Assembly: GCA_027023175.1 (NCBI GenBank)
Contig: JALVWW010000148.1
Coordinates: 1 to 41,482, forward strand
Origin: Campylobacterales bacterium
Lineage (GTDB): Bacteria > Campylobacterota > Campylobacteria > Campylobacterales > JALSKU01
Length of the DNA: 41,482 nt
Reading direction: 5' to 3'
Positions 1 through 7,832 of this stretch are shown one piece after another. Made by a program: the position numbers and the translations under genes. Below the pieces are notes generated by a model that saw nothing but the letters and a program-made list of their open reading frames with translations, ran no database searches and had not been told where the DNA came from. Position 1 is the first letter of the stretch. Each line of letters opens with the position of its first letter.

Positions 1-140
1 CAGGTGTTTACTATGAGAACATCGGCGATTGAGGGGTTATTTGTAATTTTGTAGTCTTTGAGTTTTCCGAGCATTACCTCACTGTCAACTAAGTTTTTGG
101 TGCAGCCCAAACTTACCAAGTGTAATTTTTTCTCTGACAT
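1..140 (-). CDS. rimO: Ribosomal protein S12 methylthiotransferase RimO, N-terminal fragment (gene continues off the left edge)
   Basis: Not in the ORF track because it is truncated. Reverse-strand ATG at 138-140 translates to [47 protein letters not shown]. The LGCxKNxVDSE...NTC pattern is the N-terminal signature of RimO/MiaB radical-SAM methylthiotransferases. Confidence 0.7.
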   Translation of the reverse strand, partial: MSEKKLHLVSLGCTKNLVDSEVMLGKLKDYKITNNPSIADVLIVNT

Positions 141-141
141 A

Positions 142-732
142 CTATTTTATCTCCGGCGGTTTTATAGGGTCACATAAAAAGGCATATTCGCCACCAAGTC
201 TTGCAACGGGGCTAAAAATACTTCTTAGGTTTTCATCAATTACTCCATCTTTTGCATACTCTTTTTTTATCTCAAGTATCAAAGGTATGGTTTTACTCCC
301 TTTTAGTTCCACTTCACTGTACAGGTGGCAAAAAAATGCTACAGGTACATCTTTTACAATAGGAGGAAAATTTTCATCAATTACTTTTGTTTCTATATTA
401 AAAGCTTCACTTTCGCTTGTACCTTGAGGCAGCTCTTTTGAGCTAAAATGCATAGGCTTAAGCTCTTTTTTATCGCAGAGGCAAATAGTGCATTTTTTTG
501 TTTCTCTTATATTTTTAAGTGTATCTTTTTGTGAGCCGTCACTCTTGTGTCCGATAGAGACTATAACAGTCGGAGGATTGGATGAGAGACCTGTAAAGTA
601 GCTAAAAGGTGCAATATTGACAACATCATCCAATCCAACGGTAACTATCCATGCAATCGGTCTGGGTATTATACCTCCAGCCATTAGTTTGTATCTATCT
701 TTAGCCTCAATTTTTTCAAAATCAAATATCAT
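142..732 (-). CDS. Flavin reductase-like (FMN-binding split-barrel) domain protein
   Basis: 196-aa ORF. The [13 protein letters not shown]...NIAPFSYF pattern is typical of flavin reductase-like domains. Its stop lies 1 nt from the rimO start, suggesting an operon. Confidence 0.6.
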   Translation of the reverse strand: MIFDFEKIEAKDRYKLMAGGIIPRPIAWIVTVGLDDVVNIAPFSYFTGLSSNPPTVIVSIGHKSDGSQKDTLKNIRETKKCTICLCDKKELKPMHFSSKELPQGTSESEAFNIETKVIDENFPPIVKDVPVAFFCHLYSEVELKGSKTIPLILEIKKEYAKDGVIDENLRSIFSPVARLGGEYAFLCDPIKPPEIK

Positions 733-750
733 TATTTTCCTCCGTGGTTA

Positions 751-783
751 GTAACTCGTAACTCGTGATTAGAACCTAAATCC
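751..783 (-). repeat. Heptamer-family intergenic repeat, copy A1: 19-mer GGATTTAGGTTCTAATCAC (read on minus strand, 765-783) plus tandem GAGTTAC x2 (751-764)
   Basis: The 19-mer at 765-783 is the exact reverse complement of 2925-2943. It begins at the first nucleotide after the panC stop codon (784-786). Confidence 0.85.
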
Positions 784-1608
784 TTAAACCTCTATATTGT
801 CTATCAATCTTGTCAGTCCTACATAGGCAGCAACCAGTATGCGGGTATTACCGGGCTGGATGGTTGCTATTTTGTTAAATTCTCTGTCAGTTATCTCTAT
901 ATATTCTACTTTTATAGTTTTTAGAGTTTTTAACATCTCTTCTTTTATCTTTGATGCATCTTTTTCGCCTTTTGATACTATTTGGGTTGCCTTTTTTAGA
1001 GATGCGGACAAAAGCAAGGCATCTTTTTTTTCGGATTGTTCCAAGTATGCATTTCTACTGCTGAGTGCCAAGCCACTCTCTTCTCTTACTATATCACATT
1101 CGATGATGTTTGTTCTTAAAAAAAGCTCTTTTACCATCTTTTTTATAAGATAGAGTTGTTGGGCATCTTTTTTGCCAAAGTAGGCATTGTCGGCTTTTGT
1201 AATATTTAAAAGCTTCAAGACCACTTGTAAAACACCGTTAAAGTGCCCGGGTCTTTTGTATCCTTCTAAAATATACCCTTTTATCTTGGGTGCAAGAATA
1301 TTTGTTTCATCTTCAAAGTATATCTCATCAGCCGTTGGCAAAAAAAGTATATCAACACCCGCAAGTGAGCATATCTTTTTATCAGCTTCTATTTTTTTCG
1401 GATACTTTTCAAAATCCTCACCTTCTAAAAACTGAGTGGGGTTTACAAAAATGGAAACTATGGATATATCATTTTCTTTTACACACTTTTGAATCAAAGA
1501 GAGATGTCCATTATGTAAAGCACCCATAGTGGGTACAAAACCTATCTGCTTTTCACTGATACTCTCAAGATATTTGATCAAATTGTTAGTTTTGGTAAAT
1601 ATTTGCAT
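784..1608 (-). CDS. panC: Pantoate--beta-alanine ligase
   Basis: 274-aa ORF with the GFVPTMGALHNGHLSL motif and length typical of PanC. Confidence 0.93.
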   Translation of the reverse strand: MQIFTKTNNLIKYLESISEKQIGFVPTMGALHNGHLSLIQKCVKENDISIVSIFVNPTQFLEGEDFEKYPKKIEADKKICSLAGVDILFLPTADEIYFEDETNILAPKIKGYILEGYKRPGHFNGVLQVVLKLLNITKADNAYFGKKDAQQLYLIKKMVKELFLRTNIIECDIVREESGLALSSRNAYLEQSEKKDALLLSASLKKATQIVSKGEKDASKIKEEMLKTLKTIKVEYIEITDREFNKIATIQPGNTRILVAAYVGLTRLIDNIEV

Positions 1609-1657
1609 TTATATACATTTCCTTAAGTCATTTTTTTGTAAAATAAAGGAGTTTTTT

Positions 1658-1798
1658 CAAGATTAATTTTTGCTTAATTGCTTACCTCATTCTCAAAATT
1701 GCATCCATGCAATTTTTCCGAGGCTTTCGGCTATTTTTGCATCGTACAAAAATGGACGCCTACAGAACCGGTAAGCAACCAAGCAAAAATTAATCTTG
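1658..1798. repeat. 141-nt nested inverted-repeat element (MITE-like or structured RNA) in the panC/prfB divergent intergenic region
   Basis: The 29-nt arms 1658-1686 (CAAGATTAATTTTTGCTTAATTGCTTACC) and 1770-1798 are complementary at 27/29 positions. Inside are a palindrome at 1695-1716 (AAAATTGCATCCATGCAATTTT), a hairpin at 1718-1730 (CCGAGGCTTTCGG) and a hairpin at 1734-1752 (TTTTTG..CAAAAA). Confidence 0.6.
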
Positions 1799-1832
1799 GT
1801 ATTATACCAAAATAAAATATACAGGAGCCTTT

Positions 1833-2924
1833 TTGGATAGCTACGAATATAATGAACTTCTAAAAAAATTACAAACCAAGATAGAAAATATCCAAAAGAT
1901 AATCGAACCGGATAAGCTTCAAAAAAGAATTGAAGAGATAGAAAAGCTTGAGAGTGAAGGGGATTTTTGGAGTGATGCAAAAAAAGCAGGCGCTCTTCAA
2001 AAAGAGAAAAATACAAAAAAATCAATCTTGGAAAAATTTACAAATGCAAAAAATGCTCTTGAAGATACAAAAGATTTGCTTGAAATGGCTAACGAAGAGC
2101 AAGATGAAGAGACTAGACAAATGCTTTATGAAGATGCCCCAAAGCTCGAAGAACTTATAACAAAACTTGAAGTAACTATGATGTTGAGCGGTGAGGATGA
2201 TGAAAAAAATGCTATCATATCCATTCATCCCGGAGCAGGCGGTACCGAGAGTCAAGACTGGGCTAGCATGATATACAGAATGTATCTAAGATGGGCTGAG
2301 AGGGAAGGGTATAAAGTAGAAGTACTTGACTATCAGGAAGCTGATGAGGCAGGTATCAAAGATGTCAGCTTTATCATCAAGGGGGAGAATGCCTATGGAT
2401 ATCTAAAGGTTGAAAACGGCATACACAGACTTGTTCGTATAAGTCCATTTGACAGTAATGCCAAAAGACATACATCTTTTTGTTCGGTTATGGTCAGCCC
2501 TGAAATTGATGATGATATAGAGATAGTGATAGAAGATAAAGATATAAGAGTAGATACCTATAGAGCAAGTGGAGCAGGTGGTCAGCATGTAAACAAAACT
2601 GACTCAGCCATAAGGATAACCCATATCCCTACAGGCATAGTAGTGCAGTGCCAAAATGACAGAAGTCAGCACAAAAACAGAGCAACAGCGGAAAAGATGC
2701 TCAAATCCAGACTTTATGAGTTGGAGTTAATGAAGCAGGAGGCTGAAAAAAATGGAGTAGCAAAAAGTGAAATAGGGTGGGGACATCAGATAAGAAGTTA
2801 TGTTTTAGCCCCATACAGGCAGGTAAAAGACAACAGAAGCAATAAAGCCTACTCAAATGTAGATGCCATACTTGATGGAGATATTACAAAGGTTATGGAA
2901 GATGTGCTGATATCTTTGAAATGA
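1833..2924 (+). CDS. prfB: Peptide chain release factor 2
   Basis: 363-aa ORF with the SPF tripeptide (RISPFDS) and GGQ motif ([11 protein letters not shown]). TTG start at 1833 with GGAG 5 nt upstream. The frame is uninterrupted, with no +1 frameshift site. Confidence 0.93.
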   Translation: MDSYEYNELLKKLQTKIENIQKIIEPDKLQKRIEEIEKLESEGDFWSDAKKAGALQKEKNTKKSILEKFTNAKNALEDTKDLLEMANEEQDEETRQMLYEDAPKLEELITKLEVTMMLSGEDDEKNAIISIHPGAGGTESQDWASMIYRMYLRWAEREGYKVEVLDYQEADEAGIKDVSFIIKGENAYGYLKVENGIHRLVRISPFDSNAKRHTSFCSVMVSPEIDDDIEIVIEDKDIRVDTYRASGAGGQHVNKTDSAIRITHIPTGIVVQCQNDRSQHKNRATAEKMLKSRLYELELMKQEAEKNGVAKSEIGWGHQIRSYVLAPYRQVKDNRSNKAYSNVDAILDGDITKVMEDVLISLK

Positions 2925-2943
2925 GGATTTAGGTTCTAATCAC
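2925..2943 (+). repeat. Heptamer-family intergenic repeat, copy A2 (GGATTTAGGTTCTAATCAC)
   Basis: Exact reverse complement of 765-783. It starts at the first nucleotide after the prfB TGA (2922-2924). TAG 2930, TAA 2937 and TAA 2944 are spaced 7 nt apart and cover all three frames. Confidence 0.85.
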
Positions 2944-2976
2944 TAATCATGAGTTGCAAATCAAAAAAGGAGAATT

Positions 2977-3303
2977 ATGAAATATACTATTGATGCTATG
3001 CTTACACAGCTTGGTTACACTATAAATGAAAGTGTAAAAAAACAGATGGAAAATATCATAAACAATACCAAAAATTTTATGGATATCCAAAAACATATCA
3101 TCCAGCTAAACGATGCCTTAAAACCTTTTCAGGCATACATTGCCATGTCAAATTCAAACAATTATCTAAAGATAAAAAATGAATCTCCCAAAGAGAGTCT
3201 AAAAAAAGTTGACGAAATGATACAGGAGTGGGCAAAAAAATATAAGATAAACCTACAAAAAGTAGAAAATAAAGAGACATATTATATATTGGGGAAAAAT
3301 TAA
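2977..3303 (+). CDS. Hypothetical protein (108 aa)
   Basis: ORF with an AAGGAG RBS about 6 nt upstream of the ATG. It fills the gap between prfB and the convergent dnaX. I recognised no motif. Confidence 0.45.
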   Translation: MKYTIDAMLTQLGYTINESVKKQMENIINNTKNFMDIQKHIIQLNDALKPFQAYIAMSNSNNYLKIKNESPKESLKKVDEMIQEWAKKYKINLQKVENKETYYILGKN

Positions 3304-3311
3304 GGGCATCT

Positions 3312-4943
3312 CTAAACTTTTCTTCTTATAGTTATCTTTTTAGGTGTAAAAAGCTCAGTCGCTTTTTTTACGAAGGGGTCGTCTAAAATATTTTCCTCTT
3401 TTGATTCATTATCTTTGTTTTCGAGATGAGAAGCAACGCAGGAAGATAATGTTTCAACTTCTTTGGCTGGTTCATTATCTTTCTCTTTTTGGTGAGTTTC
3501 TTTATTTGTTGAGGTAGATTTTTCTTCTTGGCACGCTGTCATGGATATGGATACATTTAATCCAAAAATATCTTTTACAAAGTGCTTTATGATGCCCGAA
3601 GCAACTCTAAGAGTTTTTTTACACTCATCTTTGGCACAGCTCTCAAGAGTAAGTATATCATCTTTAAAGCTAACAAACTTTACACTCTCTTCAAAACATT
3701 TACCTGTATCGTAGTTTCTATCATACAGGGATGCAATGAGCTTTTTGTATTTTACTGTCTCCTCAGGTTCTTCTTGTTTTGTCTGCTCTGGCTCGCTTTG
3801 GTTTGGTTTTACAATGTTGATATCTTCAGTACTGTTTTGTGGTTGGGGTTTGGCAGTTTCACTTGATGTTGCTTTGTTTATATCTATACTGCTTTCTATA
3901 GAGTTGATAAGTTCATCTATCGTTTTTAACTTTGTTGCTTCAAGCAGTTTGAAAAAAAGTAAAGATATGACAAAACCACTGTCTGCATTTAAAAAAAGAA
4001 GATTTTTAGCTTCACTTAAAATTCTAAAAAATCTATCATAAAGCAGTGTAGAAAATCTTACATCATTGTTAAAAAATGAATTTTTAAGATAAGCTATCAT
4101 TTCATCTATGACAACTTCACTTTCATAGCTTTCAAGCTCTTTTATAAGATTTAACAGCTCTTTTTTGTCATTTTTTAGTATTATTTCAAAAATATGATCC
4201 AAAAATTTCGGATCTACAAGTCCCAACATATCCGCAACACTTTTTGTGTCTATAAACCCCTTTGCATAAATGATAGCCTGATCCAAAAGAGTCAGAGTAT
4301 CTCTTAGGGAGCCGTTGCCCGAACGGCTAAGCATATCAAGAGCTTCGTTTTCATATCCTATATCTTCTTTATTCAGTATATATTCTAAATGATGTTTTAT
4401 GTTTTTGGTACTTATTCTTTTAAATCTAAAATGCTGAGTTCTTGAAAGTATGGTAGCCGGCAGTTTTAAAGGATCGGTGGTTGCCAAGATAAATTTTATA
4501 TATTCAGGCGGTTCTTCAAGAGTTTTAAGTAGAGCATTGAAAGCTTCACGGGTGAGCATGTGAACTTCATCAATGATAAATATCTTGTATCTTGCCATAT
4601 TCGGCTTATATTTTGTTTGCTCTATTAAATCTCTTATATCATCTATCTTTCTGCTACTTGCAGCATCCATTTCAATGATATCTATATGTCTGTTTTCATT
4701 TGTAGCTTTACAGTTTTCGCAAACTTCACAAGGCTTGGCCGTTGGTCCCTCGTCGCATACCAAGGCTTTAGCAAATATTCTGGCAGTTGAAGTTTTTCCG
4801 CTTCCTCTGAGTCCTGAGAAAAGATAGGCATGTGAGAGTCTTTTTGAAGATAAAGCACCTGTTAAAACTTGTGTGATGGCATCTTGACCTATAAGTTCTT
4901 CAAAAGTTTTTGGTCGATACTTTAGTGCTAAAACTTCAGACAT
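3312..4943 (-). CDS. dnaX: DNA polymerase III subunit gamma/tau
   Basis: 543 aa with Walker A GLRGSGKTS, zinc module CDEGPTAKPCEVCENC, DEVHML and SRTQ sensor motifs. Confidence 0.93.
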   Translation of the reverse strand: MSEVLALKYRPKTFEELIGQDAITQVLTGALSSKRLSHAYLFSGLRGSGKTSTARIFAKALVCDEGPTAKPCEVCENCKATNENRHIDIIEMDAASSRKIDDIRDLIEQTKYKPNMARYKIFIIDEVHMLTREAFNALLKTLEEPPEYIKFILATTDPLKLPATILSRTQHFRFKRISTKNIKHHLEYILNKEDIGYENEALDMLSRSGNGSLRDTLTLLDQAIIYAKGFIDTKSVADMLGLVDPKFLDHIFEIILKNDKKELLNLIKELESYESEVVIDEMIAYLKNSFFNNDVRFSTLLYDRFFRILSEAKNLLFLNADSGFVISLLFFKLLEATKLKTIDELINSIESSIDINKATSSETAKPQPQNSTEDINIVKPNQSEPEQTKQEEPEETVKYKKLIASLYDRNYDTGKCFEESVKFVSFKDDILTLESCAKDECKKTLRVASGIIKHFVKDIFGLNVSISMTACQEEKSTSTNKETHQKEKDNEPAKEVETLSSCVASHLENKDNESKEENILDDPFVKKATELFTPKKITIRRKV

Positions 4944-4953
4944 GCTATCCTCT

Positions 4954-4979
4954 TTGTAAAATAATGATGTATTTTACAA
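4954..4979. promoter_or_regulatory. Perfect 10-bp inverted repeat with 6-nt spacer immediately upstream of the dnaX RBS
   Basis: TTGTAAAATA-ATGATG-TATTTTACAA at 4954-4979. It lies between the octamer repeat copy B1 and the dnaX start (4943). Confidence 0.3.
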
Positions 4980-4995
4980 CAAAAAAGCTTCTTTT

Positions 4996-5030
4996 CACCT
5001 TACCACCTTATCTCCTTACCACCTTTATAC
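4996..5030 (-). repeat. Octamer-family repeat array, copy B1
   Basis: Minus strand reads GTATAAAG GTGGTAAG GAGATAAG GTGGTAAG GTG directly after the murI TAG stop (5031-5033). It has 8-nt periodicity and contains TAAGGAG. Confidence 0.8.
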
Positions 5031-5792
5031 CTAAGCCGAAGGCAATTCCAGCCACTCTTTGGCTACTTCTTTTAGGTGTGATGGGTTTTCTGTGGCGTAA
5101 AACTTTATATCTGTTTTGTTTTTGCTTTTTTTGAGATCATAATTATATTTTAGATACTCTACTATAGCATTTCCGGAGTGTATAAGCATGGTGTTTGGAA
5201 ACATTTTTTTATACTCTTTTTCTAAAAGAGGAAAGTGTGTACACCCCATGATAAGTGCATCTATGGAGTTTATCTCACTAAAATAGTGATTCATTGCGGC
5301 ATCGATAATTTGACCACTGTAAATTTTTTCTTCTACAAGTGGAACAAAAAGAGGTGTTGCTTTTTGTGTGATATTTTTATATCCTCTGGCTTGTAAAAGA
5401 TTTTTATATTTTTCACTTTTTACGGTTGCTTTTGTTCCTGTTATTAAAATATTTGCATTTTTGTCTTTTATGTTATTTGCGAGAGCTATTACTCCGGGTT
5501 CAATGACGCCCACAACAGGAAATGGTGCAACTTCTCTCAACTCTTTGATAGCGTAAGCACTGACACTGTTGCATGCAATGATAAGAATATCTATATCGAA
5601 ATTTTTAAAAAACTCCAACGCTTCAAGTGCATATCTTATGATGGTATTTTTATCTTTTGGACCGTATGGGACTCTGGCTGTATCTCCGTAGTAGATAATT
5701 TCCTCAAAAAGATTGTCCTGCAAAAGAGACTTAACGACGCTTAAGCCTCCGACACCACTGTCAAAAACACCGGCTTTTGTCATATCAGTCAT
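5031..5792 (-). CDS. murI: Glutamate racemase
   Basis: 253 aa with [13 protein letters not shown] and GCTHFPLL motifs. Confidence 0.93.
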   Translation of the reverse strand: MTDMTKAGVFDSGVGGLSVVKSLLQDNLFEEIIYYGDTARVPYGPKDKNTIIRYALEALEFFKNFDIDILIIACNSVSAYAIKELREVAPFPVVGVIEPGVIALANNIKDKNANILITGTKATVKSEKYKNLLQARGYKNITQKATPLFVPLVEEKIYSGQIIDAAMNHYFSEINSIDALIMGCTHFPLLEKEYKKMFPNTMLIHSGNAIVEYLKYNYDLKKSKNKTDIKFYATENPSHLKEVAKEWLELPSA

Positions 5793-7143
5793 TCATTATT
5801 GATAAAAATTCTTTATTATCTTTTGTTTTTAAAAGTTTTGAGTATAGGAATTTCAGAGCTTCTATCTCTTCCATTTGGCTTATAGCAGTTCTTAGTGCCC
5901 AAATCTTTGGAAGATCATCTTTATCTACCAAAAGTTCCTCTTTTCTTGTGCCGGATTTGACTATATCAATGGCAGGATATATTCTTCTGTCCGATATGTG
6001 TCTATCTAGTATGATTTCACTGTTGCCGGTACCTTTAAACTCTTCAAAGATAACTTCATCCATTCTTGAGCCTGTATCAACAAGTGCGGTTGAGATGATA
6101 GTAAGACTTCCGCCATTTTCTATATTTCTAGCTGCTCCGAAAAATCTTTTGGGCTTATGTAAGGCATTTGCATCAACACCGCCGCTTAGTACTTTTCCGC
6201 TACTTGGAGTTACTGTATTGTAAGCTCTTGCAAGTCTTGTGATAGAGTCAAGCAAGATAACCACATCTTTTCCTATCTCAACTCTTCTTTTGGCTTTTTC
6301 TATGACAAGTTCGGCAACCCTTACATGGTTGTTGGCTGAAAGATCAAAAGTAGAGCTGTAAACATCACCTTTGACACTTCTTTGCATATCTGTAACCTCT
6401 TCAGGTCGTTCATCAACCAAAAGTACGATAAGCTCTACTTCAGGGTGGTTGTAAGTGATGCCATGAGCCAACTCTTTTAAAAGTTCTGTTTTACCGCTTC
6501 TAGGAGGTGCAACTATAAGAGCTCTTTGCCCTTTTCCTATGGGGATAAAAAGATCAAGCACTCTTCCTGTTAGTTTTAAAGGGTCGTATTCAAGTTTTAG
6601 TCTTTCAGTAGGATATAAAGGAGTTAAGTTTTCAAAAAGAGGTCTGTTTCTACTCTCTTTCATTGGAAGATAGTTTATAGCTTCTATCTTTAAAAGTGCA
6701 TAGTATCTTTCCTGATCTTTTGGAGGTCTGACTTGTCCGGTTACTACATCTCCGGTTCTTAGAGCAAACTTTTTTACCTGGGTTGCACTTACATAAGCAT
6801 CATTGGCACTGTCGCTTAGATTTTCATCTACCGCTCTTAAAAAGCCGTAACCTTCATGAGTTATCTCTAAAATACCGGTAAAGAGTATATATCCGCCTTT
6901 ACTTGTTTGGGACTTTAGTATCTCAAACATCAAATCCTGTCTTTTGTATTGGTTTGGATTTTCAATGCCAAGATTTGAAGCTATCTCGATAAGTTCTTCT
7001 ATATTTTTTTTACGGAGTTCTTCTATTCTATAGCCGTCAACCGGTATATGTGTTCTTTTTCCATTATATTTTTTTCCGTTGGTACCGGAGTTGGAAGCAG
7101 TTTTATTCTGCCCGTTTTGTTTTGAATTGTCTGAAGTGCTCAT
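5785..7143 (-). CDS. rho: Transcription termination factor Rho
   Basis: 452 aa with the RNA-binding region GYGFLR and Walker A APPRSGKT. It has an N/G/K/S-rich N-terminal extension of about 35 aa. Confidence 0.95.
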   Translation of the reverse strand: MSTSDNSKQNGQNKTASNSGTNGKKYNGKRTHIPVDGYRIEELRKKNIEELIEIASNLGIENPNQYKRQDLMFEILKSQTSKGGYILFTGILEITHEGYGFLRAVDENLSDSANDAYVSATQVKKFALRTGDVVTGQVRPPKDQERYYALLKIEAINYLPMKESRNRPLFENLTPLYPTERLKLEYDPLKLTGRVLDLFIPIGKGQRALIVAPPRSGKTELLKELAHGITYNHPEVELIVLLVDERPEEVTDMQRSVKGDVYSSTFDLSANNHVRVAELVIEKAKRRVEIGKDVVILLDSITRLARAYNTVTPSSGKVLSGGVDANALHKPKRFFGAARNIENGGSLTIISTALVDTGSRMDEVIFEEFKGTGNSEIILDRHISDRRIYPAIDIVKSGTRKEELLVDKDDLPKIWALRTAISQMEEIEALKFLYSKLLKTKDNKEFLSIMND

Positions 7144-7220
7144 TCTACCTTCTTTTTTGTTTTATTTGGGTTATTGTAGTTTTTTGAAGCAGTATTTATG
7201 CTAAAAGTTTTAATGGGTGT

Positions 7221-7249
7221 ATTTTATAATAAGTTGGGTTTTTTGTCAA
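7221..7249 (-). promoter_or_regulatory. Candidate sigma70-type promoter for rho (TTGACA-17 nt-TAAAAT on minus strand)
   Basis: The -35 is the reverse complement of 7244-7249 (TTGACA) and the -10 is the reverse complement of 7221-7226 (TAAAAT), with a 17-nt spacer. It sits between the upstream gene stop (7261) and the rho ATG (7143). Confidence 0.35.
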
Positions 7250-7260
7250 ATTAATAAAAT

Positions 7261-7785
7261 CTATTTTTTATACAAAGGATATAACTCTGACTCTTCTACT
7301 TCTATTCTTGATTGTAAAATTCTACCTATTGCCTCAAGTTCATTTTTGAAAAGACCTAGGTATTGGTCGTTGAATTCGATAGCTTCATATTTTTTTAAAA
7401 AAGCAAATACATCTTTGTAAATTTCTTCGGCAGATTTTGACATATCCTCTATAAAATCCTCATTGTCTGTATCTTTGTAATAGTTTTTAAGATAGAGGTA
7501 TAGTTGAATTTTTTCACTGTAATTATGAATTTCAAAATTTACCTTGAATGCCTTGAGGTATTGTTTTAGAGTTTTATATTTTTTGTTTTGGGCAGCTTTC
7601 ACAATTTTGGTAAAATCTTTAATAAGCTTTTTATGATCTTTAGCTAAGGTTTTCATTAAATCATCATTATAGGGTACCCCTACATTTTTAGACAGCTGCA
7701 CGCTTTTGTCAGTCTTTTCTTTTGTCTCTTTATTGGTTTTTCCAAGTATTTTTTCAAAAAAACTCACTGCAACTCTCCTCTTCAA
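7261..7785 (-). CDS. Hemerythrin-like (HHE cation-binding) domain protein
   Basis: 174 aa. The spaced His/Glu pattern LAKDHKKL, EIHNYSE (HxxxE) and EVEESELYPLY resembles hemerythrin HHE domains. This is a motif-level call only. Confidence 0.45.
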   Translation of the reverse strand: MKRRVAVSFFEKILGKTNKETKEKTDKSVQLSKNVGVPYNDDLMKTLAKDHKKLIKDFTKIVKAAQNKKYKTLKQYLKAFKVNFEIHNYSEKIQLYLYLKNYYKDTDNEDFIEDMSKSAEEIYKDVFAFLKKYEAIEFNDQYLGLFKNELEAIGRILQSRIEVEESELYPLYKK

Positions 7786-7832
7786 AATTTTTATTACATA
7801 GTATACTATTTTAATTCTTAAATTACTTTGTT

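Noticed and set aside
1693-2025. 110-aa minus-strand ORF in the panC/prfB intergenic region
   Set aside because: It overlaps the 5' end of prfB antisense and runs through the nested inverted-repeat element. The sequence is low-complexity and Phe/Leu-rich, as expected for antisense translation of AT-rich DNA, and there is no RBS.
1833-2924. Programmed +1 frameshift site in prfB (CTT TGA C type), as in many bacteria
   Set aside because: The RF2 reading frame is continuous from TTG 1833. The N-terminal 30 residues align in-frame with the rest, and no in-frame TGA or upstream short ORF1 is present. This lineage appears to lack the frameshift.
3304-3311. Missing terminator between the convergent hypothetical gene (stop 3303) and dnaX (stop 3312)
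   Set aside because: Only 8 nt separate the stops and no hairpin is possible. It is noted but not pursued, because the small ORF at 2977-3303 is itself of uncertain coding status.
3312-4943. dnaX gamma/tau -1 frameshift heptamer (A AAA AAG)
   Set aside because: A-runs exist (for example GAC AAA AAA GAG near 4165-4176, and near the C-terminus at about 3362-3370). They are not in the X XXY YYZ register or at the domain III boundary, and no downstream stem-loop was seen.
7039-7143. N/G/K/S-rich N-terminal extension of Rho as a prion-like domain
   Set aside because: It is only about 35 residues and lysine-rich rather than a long Q/N domain. Variable N-terminal insertions in Rho are common, so this is not distinctive enough.
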